From Phycisphaera sp. (lineage in GTDB: Bacteria; Planctomycetota; Phycisphaerae; Phycisphaerales; UBA1924): a stretch of DNA of 64,000 nt. The DNA lies in the NCBI GenBank assembly GCA_020639255.1, contig JACKGZ010000007.1, forward strand, positions 125,573 to 189,572. Reading direction: 5' to 3'. How positions within the stretch are numbered: position 1 is the first letter of the stretch; each line of letters begins with the position of its first letter. Below the pieces are notes generated by a model that saw only the letters and a list, made by a program, of their open reading frames with translations, was not told the DNA's origin and made no database searches. The position numbers were made by a program, and so were the translations under genes. Below are positions 56,594 through 64,000 of this stretch, piece after piece.

Positions 56594-57535
56594 TCAGCGG
56601 TACGACTTATGGCACGCGCTGCACGTCGCCTTGAGCTGCTCGATTGTGATCACCGCTTCCGCGCTCTGATTGCCGAGAATCTGGGTCTCAAGCGTCGTCG
56701 CGAGTTGGGCGGCCTCGGTCATGTACCCGGCGTAGGTCTCATCAGGCACGGGCATCGATGAGTCCGCAAGGATCGTGCGGAAAAGATCGGTCAGCTGGCC
56801 GGCCTCACTCTCGGCCGACAGGTCCGGGTGGTTCTCCGGGGCTTGCCAGTCGTTCTTGGAGAGCACGGCGAGGTGGTCGTACACGCGGTCCATCTCGGCC
56901 ATGATCGCCGGCAGGCCCTCGATCCTGGCGTACTCGACGATCATGGGCGATGCCCTGACCATCTCCGCGTCGGTCAGCGTCCCCGCGTGGGCGACGTCGT
57001 CCCACAGGCCCGTGTAGCTGGCGCTCGTGCCAGCGCGCTCCATGAGCTTGCGCCCGTCCTCGGGCGTGCATGCGCCGATGCCAATCAGCCCGATCGCCGC
57101 CGCCGCGGGCCCGCGGTGCTTGCCATGGTGACAGTGGACGTACACCGTGCCCTCGCTCTGCGCGAGAGCGAGCGCAATCGCCGTGCGCTGCTCCTCGGTG
57201 ATGCCCGAGTACTTGATGGGGATGTGAATGTAGCGCAAACCGTTGGCCTCGGCCTTCTCGAGCTCGGGCCTGGCGGCGTCGACACTGATCACGGTTTTCA
57301 CGCCGAGCTCGGCGAGCGTCTCGAAGCCGGCGTCGCCATGAGGCAACGAGCCCGAGAGCACTGTTCTTGACTGATCCTGGTAGAAAATGCGAAGGTTGTG
57401 CACGCCCGCATCGTCGGAGTCCATGACCAGCGCGCCCGGCTCAAGGTTCTCCCACGGGGCTGCGGTCGGCTGGTCGTGCTCTGGTTGCGCGATCCCAACC
57501 GCAAGCCCGATGACACAGAGCGCGATGAGCATCAT
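56594..57535 (-). CDS. Secreted fusion protein: phosphatase-fold (CX5R, DUF442/DSP-like) domain plus cytochrome c'-like C-terminal domain with CxxCH
   Basis: Signal-like MMLIALCVIGLAVGIA. LGVKTVISVD...GLRYIHIPI...VYVHCHHGKHRG. A helical C-terminal half ends QLKATCSACHKSYR. Confidence 0.7.
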   Translation of the reverse strand: MMLIALCVIGLAVGIAQPEHDQPTAAPWENLEPGALVMDSDDAGVHNLRIFYQDQSRTVLSGSLPHGDAGFETLAELGVKTVISVDAARPELEKAEANGLRYIHIPIKYSGITEEQRTAIALALAQSEGTVYVHCHHGKHRGPAAAAIGLIGIGACTPEDGRKLMERAGTSASYTGLWDDVAHAGTLTDAEMVRASPMIVEYARIEGLPAIMAEMDRVYDHLAVLSKNDWQAPENHPDLSAESEAGQLTDLFRTILADSSMPVPDETYAGYMTEAAQLATTLETQILGNQSAEAVITIEQLKATCSACHKSYR

Positions 57536-57562
57536 GACGTATCCCTTTCGACCCAGAACAGA

Positions 57563-58210
57563 TCAGACCGTGCCGTACATCCGGTCGCCCGCATCGCCGA
57601 GGCCCGGGCAGATGTAGCCCCGCTCGTCGAGCTGCCTGTCCACGCACGCGGCATAGATCGTCAGGTCCGGGTGATCCTGCTGCATGCGCTTCAAACCCTC
57701 AGGCGCAGCCACGAGGCAGATCATCCGCAGATCGTTCACACCCGCAGCCTTGAGCAGCGTCGCCGCCCCGGATGCCGATCCGCCCGTGGCGAGCATCGGA
57801 TCCACAAGAATCACCGGCCCCGCGTTCAGGTCCGCGGGCAGCTTCTTCAGATAAAGCGCAGGTTCGAGCGTCTCTTCGTTGCGAGCCATGCCGAGATGCC
57901 CCACACGCGCCTCGGGCATGACCTCAAGAATGCCCTCGGCCATCCCGAGCCCCGCGCGGAGCACGGGCACCACCGTGACGCGCCCCGCGAGCCGGTACCC
58001 CGTCGTCGTCTCGACCGGCGTCTTCACCTCGATCTCACGCACGGGGAACGACCGCGTCACCTCGTAGACCATCAGCCCCGCGATCTGCGAGATCAGCGCC
58101 CGGAAGGGGCGGTAGCTGGTCGTCTCGTCGCGCATCCACGTCAGCTTGTGCCGGATGAGCGGGTGCTCGAAGATGACGGCGTTCGGGTGCTCGTCGCGTG
58201 TCGTGCCCAT
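57563..58210 (-). CDS. upp: Uracil phosphoribosyltransferase
   Basis: HPLIRHKLTWMRD, VPVLRAGLGM, ILVDPMLATGGSA, YICPGLGDAGDRMYGT. The start at ATG 58210 is preferred over 58237. Confidence 0.9.
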   Translation of the reverse strand: MGTTRDEHPNAVIFEHPLIRHKLTWMRDETTSYRPFRALISQIAGLMVYEVTRSFPVREIEVKTPVETTTGYRLAGRVTVVPVLRAGLGMAEGILEVMPEARVGHLGMARNEETLEPALYLKKLPADLNAGPVILVDPMLATGGSASGAATLLKAAGVNDLRMICLVAAPEGLKRMQQDHPDLTIYAACVDRQLDERGYICPGLGDAGDRMYGTV

Positions 58211-58245
58211 ATCCTGCGAGCATACCCGCTGACCCAAAGAGGGGC

Positions 58246-58725
58246 ATGCCCGTGAGCCGAGACACCACCCGTCAGCAAATGGACAAGCTTGCGCTCGATG
58301 TCGCGATCGAAGAGGCCGAGAAGGGACTCGCCGAGGGCGGCATCCCGATCGGGGCAGCTCTCATCGACCCCGATGGCAACATCGTCGCCCGGGGGCACAA
58401 CCGGCGCGTGCAGACCGATGACCCGACCTCGCACGGCGAGACCGACTGCATCCGAAACGCGGGCCGTAGGCGCGACTGGCACACACTCACCATGGCGACC
58501 ACACTCAGCCCCTGCGCCATGTGTACGGGCACCGCGATCCTGCACCGCATCCCAAGGCTCGTGATCGGCGAGAACAAGACGTTCATGGGTCGTGAGGACT
58601 GGCTCCGCGCCGAGGGCGTCGAGATCGTTCTGATGGACGACCCCCGCTGCAAGAAGCTGATGGACGACTTCATCAAGGCTCACCCCGAGGTGTGGAACGA
58701 GGATATCGGAGTGCCGGGAAGCTGA
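58246..58725 (+). CDS. Cytosine deaminase, CMP/dCMP-type zinc deaminase (yeast FCY1-like)
   Basis: ATG 58246. HGETDCI, TLSPCAMCTGTAILHRIPRLVIGEN, DDPRCKKLMDDFIKAHPEVWNEDIG parallels FCY1. Confidence 0.85.
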   Translation: MPVSRDTTRQQMDKLALDVAIEEAEKGLAEGGIPIGAALIDPDGNIVARGHNRRVQTDDPTSHGETDCIRNAGRRRDWHTLTMATTLSPCAMCTGTAILHRIPRLVIGENKTFMGREDWLRAEGVEIVLMDDPRCKKLMDDFIKAHPEVWNEDIGVPGS

Positions 58726-58743
58726 TTCTGGTATCGTGCGGAT

Positions 58744-59613
58744 GTGAACCAGAACACCGGGATCGAATCGCACCGCTCGATACGCGATCGCGTGTACGAA
58801 ATCACGTCAGACAAGTGGGGCGGCGGCCCGCTCGGCGTCGCCTTCGATATCGCGATCGTCTCACTCATTCTTCTGAGCATCCTCGCGGTCGTTCTCGAGT
58901 CGGTCGACTCGATCGGTGAACGCTACCGAGTCTGGTTTGCCGCGTTCGAGGTCTTTGCGGTCTCTGTGTTCACGATCGAGTACCTGCTCCGTGTCTGGTC
59001 TTGCACCGCGGATCCGCGGTATGCGCATCCGGTTCGCGGGCGACTTCGATTCATGGCCTCGCCGCTTGCGATCATCGATCTGCTCGCGATCCTGCCGTTC
59101 TATCTCCCGTTCGTGGGTGTCGACCTGCGTTCACTCCGGGTCTTTCGCCTGCTTCGATTGCTCAGACTCGCAAAGCTCGGGCGGTACACGCGGGCGCTCG
59201 GCCTCATCTGGCGTGTCATGCTCCGCGTGCGGTACGAACTTGTCTCGCTCGCGGTGGTCGTTGTGTGCTTTGTGCTCGTCGCGTCGGTTCTGATGTACTA
59301 CGCCGAGCGATCCAGCGGGACTGAGGGGTTTGATGACATTCCCTCATCGATGCTCTGGACCGTGACCAATCTCACGCCGTTGAGCGCAACGTCGGCCAAA
59401 CCGTTGACGGTTCTCGGCAAGCTGCTCTCCGTATGTGTCGCGATCGTGGGGGTGGGCATTATCGCCCTGCCGACGGGTATCGTGGGGGCGGGGCTCGTCG
59501 AGGAATTGCGTGCCAAACGAATTCAGGTGCAAGTCTGCCCTCACTGCAGCAAGCCCCTGGGCTTCGTCAATCGCCCCGCAGACTCTCCGCAATCCCGATC
59601 TCCTGAAGCCTGA
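58744..59613 (+). CDS. Voltage-sensor-containing ion transport family protein with non-canonical pore loop
   Basis: 289 aa. S4-like [23 protein letters not shown]. The pore region [26 protein letters not shown] sits where K+ channels have TxTTVGYGD. Confidence 0.8.
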   Translation: MNQNTGIESHRSIRDRVYEITSDKWGGGPLGVAFDIAIVSLILLSILAVVLESVDSIGERYRVWFAAFEVFAVSVFTIEYLLRVWSCTADPRYAHPVRGRLRFMASPLAIIDLLAILPFYLPFVGVDLRSLRVFRLLRLLRLAKLGRYTRALGLIWRVMLRVRYELVSLAVVVVCFVLVASVLMYYAERSSGTEGFDDIPSSMLWTVTNLTPLSATSAKPLTVLGKLLSVCVAIVGVGIIALPTGIVGAGLVEELRAKRIQVQVCPHCSKPLGFVNRPADSPQSRSPEA

Positions 59614-61462
59614 CGCTCGCCTCGTCGAGCGACTGCTTGGCCGCGTAGAACGCGTCCGCGTCGACGGCTTTCCAGTCCAGCTCCGCGTTCTCGATCAGGC
59701 CCTGCACCTCGGCGAGCCTCGCCTCGAGCGATGCGCGGTTCTCGGGTTCGAGCTTGCTCCCGTACTTCGCAAGGCGTTCACCGATCCATTTCAGATCGAG
59801 CTTCGCGTTTACGACGAGGTCCACGATCCGGTGGCGCGTCATGTCCTCGCGCGCGTGCTTCAGGCTCTCGGCCTCGATGCGGTCGATCTCGGCGCGCGAT
59901 AAGCCATGGCTCGGGATCACCTGCAGCTGCGCCCTTTTGCCCGAACGCTTCTCGTGCGCCCGCACCGAGAGCACGCCCGATGCATCGACCAGGAACTCCA
60001 CCGCCAATTGCGGGATCCCCGCGGGCATCGGGGGCAGGCCCGACAGATGAAACTCGCCCAAGCTTCGGCAATGCTCGGCCATCTCACGCTCGCCCTGGAG
60101 CACATGGATCTTGATAGACGTTTGCCCGTCCACGCTCGTCGAGAACATCTCCGTCGCCCGCGCGGGCACCGTGCTCCCCGAGACAATCAGCTTGGCCATC
60201 GCCCCGCCCTGCGTCTCGATCCCAAGCGACAACGGCACGACATCGAGCAGCAGCATGCCGCTGGCCGCGCCCGACATGATCCCCGCCTGCACCGCCGCCC
60301 CGAGCGCGACGACCCGGTCCGGGTCGAGCGCCGTGTACGGCGAGAGCCCAAAGAACGCTTCCACTCTTTGGCGCACCATCGGTACGCGTGTCGAGCCGCC
60401 CACGAGAATCACCGCATCCAGCTCGATCGTCTCCACGCCCGGCGCGCGCTCGGCGAGCCGCATCGCCTCGGCGCACGCCTCGATCGTTCGTTCGACCCAG
60501 GGCGTCATGATCTCTTCGAGCTCATCGCGCGTGACGGTGCGCTCGTAAGCACGATTGTTGCCGAGTTCGATCCGGATGCTCGCAGCCCGCTCGTCCGAGA
60601 GTCGGTGCTTCACCGCCTCGGCGAACCCGACCATCGCCCGGCGCGTCTGCGGGTTGAAGGCTTCTAGGTCAGTCAGGCTCTCGGGCAGTTCGAGGAGTTC
60701 GCGGATCTCGCGCAGGAAGAGTCGTACGAGCGCGAGGTCGACGTCGTCGCCGCCCAGGTGCGTGTCGCCCGAGGTCGCCAGCACCTGGAAGAAGCTGGTC
60801 TCGCCCTCGTTCTCCGCGGGTGTGAGGCGGAGGATTGAGATGTCGAACGTCCCGCCGCCCAGGTCGTAGACCGCGACCGTGCGTGCGGCCCCTTTGCCCG
60901 TGCCGAGCCCGTAGGCGAGAGCCGCTGCTGTCGGTTCGTTGACGATCCGCACGACCTCGAGCCCGGCAAGCCTCCCCGCGTCGCGCGTCGCCTGTCGCTG
61001 CGCGTCGTCGAAATACGCCGGTACCGTGACCACTGCTTTGCGCACCTCGATACCGAGCGCATCCGACGCCTTCGCCTTCAGATGGCGCAGGATCTCGGCC
61101 GAGACCTCCTGCGGGCTGACGACTCTGCCCGTGGGGAGATGCACACGCGCGGTGTGCCCCTCGCCCTCGACGATGTCGTAGGGAAGCTGGGCCGCCTCTT
61201 CGCGCACATCGTCGAGCGATCGGCCCATCAGGCGCTTGGCGCTCGTGATCGTTTCGCGCGGGAACTCGACGGCTCGCTCGCGGGCCTCGCGCCCGACGAC
61301 GACGCTGCCATCGTCCTGGTAGCGCACCGCCGAGGGCACGATCGCGTCGCCCTCTTCGCCCAGCACCCTCGGGCCGGTCTCGTCGAGCACGGCGACCAGG
61401 CTGTTGGTCGTGCCCAGATCGATCCCGACGATCACTTCTCGCGCAGCTGGCATACCGGACAA
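59567..61462 (-). CDS. hscA: Hsp70-family chaperone, HscA-like
   Basis: 631 aa. [70 protein letters not shown]. Confidence 0.85.
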   Translation of the reverse strand: MSGMPAAREVIVGIDLGTTNSLVAVLDETGPRVLGEEGDAIVPSAVRYQDDGSVVVGREARERAVEFPRETITSAKRLMGRSLDDVREEAAQLPYDIVEGEGHTARVHLPTGRVVSPQEVSAEILRHLKAKASDALGIEVRKAVVTVPAYFDDAQRQATRDAGRLAGLEVVRIVNEPTAAALAYGLGTGKGAARTVAVYDLGGGTFDISILRLTPAENEGETSFFQVLATSGDTHLGGDDVDLALVRLFLREIRELLELPESLTDLEAFNPQTRRAMVGFAEAVKHRLSDERAASIRIELGNNRAYERTVTRDELEEIMTPWVERTIEACAEAMRLAERAPGVETIELDAVILVGGSTRVPMVRQRVEAFFGLSPYTALDPDRVVALGAAVQAGIMSGAASGMLLLDVVPLSLGIETQGGAMAKLIVSGSTVPARATEMFSTSVDGQTSIKIHVLQGEREMAEHCRSLGEFHLSGLPPMPAGIPQLAVEFLVDASGVLSVRAHEKRSGKRAQLQVIPSHGLSRAEIDRIEAESLKHAREDMTRHRIVDLVVNAKLDLKWIGERLAKYGSKLEPENRASLEARLAEVQGLIENAELDWKAVDADAFYAAKQSLDEASVRLQEIGIAESLRGD

Positions 61463-61474
61463 TAGGGCCCAGGC

Positions 61475-61984
61475 TCAGCCTTCCAAACGAGCGAGCTTTC
61501 GCAGGTGGCGGACGAGATCGACGATCAGTCGCTCGTCATCGGGGCGGTAGATCGTGCTCCGCCGGTGCTCGTGGGCCGTCACCTCGACGATGATCCAGGC
61601 CCCGGCGGGCTGGGCGTCGCCCAGTCGGAAGGGCTTGCCGCCCACGCCGCGGTCGAGTCCCTGGCGCGTCACGACGCTGTAGACCTCGTTGACCTGCGCA
61701 TCGGTGAGCCGCCTCGTACGGGGCGGGTAGACGGTCGGCCCGACGCCCGCGCCGGTGGCGGCCCGAAGCACGCCGTCGGGCTCGATCACGAACCGCGCCG
61801 GCTCCAAGACCCAGCCCGTGGTGCCCTCCTCGCCCATGACCGTCACCGCGAGCGCGAAGTCCGCTGGCGGACGCGGGTCGCCCGTGGGGATCCCGCTGTT
61901 CTGATCGGTTGTCGGCCCCGATCGGCAAGCCGAAACGAGCGGCGTGATCAAGACAAGCGCGATAAGTGTCAGGAGTCGGGTCAC
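61475..61984 (-). CDS. Lipoprotein of unknown function (lipobox VSAC)
   Basis: 169 aa. MTRLLTLIALVLITPLVSACRSG. Confidence 0.65.
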   Translation of the reverse strand: MTRLLTLIALVLITPLVSACRSGPTTDQNSGIPTGDPRPPADFALAVTVMGEEGTTGWVLEPARFVIEPDGVLRAATGAGVGPTVYPPRTRRLTDAQVNEVYSVVTRQGLDRGVGGKPFRLGDAQPAGAWIIVEVTAHEHRRSTIYRPDDERLIVDLVRHLRKLARLEG

Positions 61985-62020
61985 GGGCGGAGTCTACACA
62001 TCTCCCCTAGGCTTCACCCC

Positions 62021-64000
62021 ATGAACATCAGCCTCAACTGGCTCAACCGCTACCTCTCGCCCGCCGGCGTCACCGCCGAGGAGGCCGAGCACGTCCTCAC
62101 GTTCGCCGGCTACCCGGTCGAGGGCATCGAGAAGCTCCCCTCGGGCGACTTTCTGCTCGATGTCGAGCTGACGTCGAACCGTGGTGACCTGCTCTCGCAC
62201 GTCGGCTGCGCCCGCGAGATCGCGGCGGCGACCAGCGCCCACATGGAGCGCCAGTTCAAGCTCCCCGAATTCACCGACCCGCCCGCGGACGGAGCGCCCA
62301 TCGCGGGCGACCTCAAGCTCATCAACCACGAGCCGACGGCTTGCCCGCTTTTCACGGCTCGCCTTATCCGGGGTGTGAAGGTCGGCCCGAGCCCGAAGTG
62401 GCTCGTGGATTTGCTCGAAGCGGTCGGTCAGCGCTCGATCAACAACCTCGTCGATGTCACCAACTTCATCACGTTCGAGCTGGGCAACCCGTGCCACGTG
62501 TTCGACCTGAAGAAGCTGGCCGGGAAAGAGCTGCACATTCGCTACGCGCGGGACGGCGAGTCGCTCACCACGCTCGACAGCAAGACGCACAAGCTCGTGC
62601 ACACCGATCTTGTTGTTGCCGACGCCGAGAAGCCGACCTCGCTCGCCGGTGTCATGGGCGGCGAGGCGTCCGAGGTCGATTCGTCCACGACGGACGTCGT
62701 TTTCGAGATGGCGACCTGGGCGCCGGCGATCGTGCGCAACGCGGCCAGGCGTCTGAACATCCGCACAGACGCGAGCCACCGGTTCGAGCGGATCGTGGAT
62801 GCGAGGACGATCGACCAGGCAGCGCGGCGGGCCGTGGCGATGATCGTGGAACTCGCGGAAGGCCAGCTCGCCGAGGGCGTGCTGAGCGAGGGCCGGGATC
62901 TGCCCAAGCCGCATTCGATCGCGGTCCGTGTCAATCGAACCAACACGATGCTCGGCCTGCATCTCTCCGAGATGGATATCCAGACGCACCTCGAGGCGCA
63001 CGAGGTGAAAGTGACGCGCAAGGCCGAGGGCGAGTTGGTGTGCGAGCCGCCCGCGTTCCGCCCGGATCTTGAGCGTGAGATCGATCTGATCGAGGAGATC
63101 GCGCGGACCGTCGGCTACGAGCAAGTCCCCGAGCACGACAAGCTCCCGCTGCGCGTGCGGCACCCGCAGGAGACCGAGCGAGCCCGGCGCGAGCTGCACC
63201 GTGTGCTGACGGGCCTTGGGTTCTACGAGACGGTGACGTTCAGCTTCGTCTCGCCCGAGATGGCAGCGCCCTGGGTGAGGCCCGGGCTCGAAGCGGTGGG
63301 GGTCGATGACGACCGCCGCGGCTCGGAGCCGATCCTGCGCCCGAGTGTCATCCCGAGCCTGCTGACTTGTCGGCGTGCGAATGCATCTGGCCAGGTCGAT
63401 ATGCCGGGCGGCGTGCGCTTGTATGAGATGTCCGCGACCTTTGCGCAAACTTCCGGACACGAGACGGTCGAGCGCCGGATGCTCTCGCTCCTGATGGATG
63501 TCGAGGGCGTGCAATCGGGCAAGGAGGCCAAGCCCGAGCAGCTCCAGAGCTCGCTCCGGGCGGTGCGCGGCGCGGTGGAGCACATCGTCCGCGCGATGGC
63601 GGGCACCGGGGCGAAGCTGGTGGTCGAGCCGATCGAGCCCGAGAGCCCGGGCTGGCGAGCGGGTGCGTGCGGGCACGTGGTTGTCGATGGCAACGCGATG
63701 GGCGTGCTCGGCGCAATCGACCCCAAGGTTGCCAAGGTCGCGGGTGTGGACGTGCCCACCGTGGCGGCCGAGCTGGATCTGGACGCCCTGATCCACATGT
63801 ACCCGCCCAAGGCGAGCGTCTCGGCACTGCCCGAGTTCCCCGCGATCGAACGCGATCTCTCGCTCATCGTCGACGAGTCGGCCAGCTGGGCGACGGTCGA
63901 GTCGCTTGTGGGCGGTCTCGGGCTCGAGCACTTCGAGTCGCTCGGCTTCATCGGGGCTTACCGGGGCAAGCAGGTGGGCGACGGGAAGAAGTCGCTCACC
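62021..64000 (+). CDS. pheT: Phenylalanine--tRNA ligase beta subunit (3' end off window)
   Basis: Not on the ORF track (no stop in the window). ATG 62021. MNISLNWLNRYL...LDVELTSNRGDLLSHVGCAREIAA...INNLVDVTNFITFELGNPCHVFD...LAGVMGGE...RTDASHRFERI...PAFRPDLEREIDLIEEIAR. Confidence 0.9.
   Translation, partial: MNISLNWLNRYLSPAGVTAEEAEHVLTFAGYPVEGIEKLPSGDFLLDVELTSNRGDLLSHVGCAREIAAATSAHMERQFKLPEFTDPPADGAPIAGDLKLINHEPTACPLFTARLIRGVKVGPSPKWLVDLLEAVGQRSINNLVDVTNFITFELGNPCHVFDLKKLAGKELHIRYARDGESLTTLDSKTHKLVHTDLVVADAEKPTSLAGVMGGEASEVDSSTTDVVFEMATWAPAIVRNAARRLNIRTDASHRFERIVDARTIDQAARRAVAMIVELAEGQLAEGVLSEGRDLPKPHSIAVRVNRTNTMLGLHLSEMDIQTHLEAHEVKVTRKAEGELVCEPPAFRPDLEREIDLIEEIARTVGYEQVPEHDKLPLRVRHPQETERARRELHRVLTGLGFYETVTFSFVSPEMAAPWVRPGLEAVGVDDDRRGSEPILRPSVIPSLLTCRRANASGQVDMPGGVRLYEMSATFAQTSGHETVERRMLSLLMDVEGVQSGKEAKPEQLQSSLRAVRGAVEHIVRAMAGTGAKLVVEPIEPESPGWRAGACGHVVVDGNAMGVLGAIDPKVAKVAGVDVPTVAAELDLDALIHMYPPKASVSALPEFPAIERDLSLIVDESASWATVESLVGGLGLEHFESLGFIGAYRGKQVGDGKKSLT

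Noticed and set aside
59567-59613. 47-nt convergent 3' overlap of the channel and hscA-like genes (also 20-nt overlaps at 5799-5818 and 23113-23132) as antisense regulation
   Set aside because: Short convergent overlaps are common in compact high-GC genomes. Nothing else in the sequence supports a regulatory role.

Overview
High-GC bacterial chromosomal segment, densely coding on both strands, with about 65 supportable genes. I saw no rRNA, tRNA, CRISPR array, transposase or integrase. Gene content suggests a Planctomycetota/Phycisphaerae-like organism, which is inference only: many prepilin-type pseudopilins, an N-terminal LEQRLLLS motif, PEP-CTERM-like tails and CxxC...CPECG zinc-ribbon membrane proteins.

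Housekeeping genes include:
- nifS/iscS-like (partial), yidD, rnpA, glyQS, dnaX-ybaB, kbl, ndh, tdh, upp, an hscA-like Hsp70 and pheT (partial).

Other recognisable units:
- A split MacAB-type ABC exporter with adaptor and TolC-like protein.
- A P1B-type metal ATPase and an AtoE-like transporter.
- A double-GT2 glycosyltransferase divergent from a cyclophilin-repeat protein and an MsbA-like exporter.
- A nine-gene T2SS/pseudopilus-like operon (gspF to a TPR lipoprotein).

Most notable observations:
1. dnaX is split over two frames exactly at a G GGA AAA G slippery heptamer. An SD-like motif lies upstream and a hairpin downstream, so tau apparently needs a -1 frameshift.
2. A His-less KS paralogue, a GxxExxY gene and a canonical KAS II form one coupled unit.
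3. A secreted phosphatase-fold domain is fused to a cytochrome c'-like domain.
4. Two tandem secreted paralogues were duplicated together with a roughly 150-nt leader and a terminator hairpin.
5. There are zinc-ribbon multi-pass membrane proteins and two AT-rich single-gene islands.

All functional calls rest on motif recognition by eye. No searches were run.
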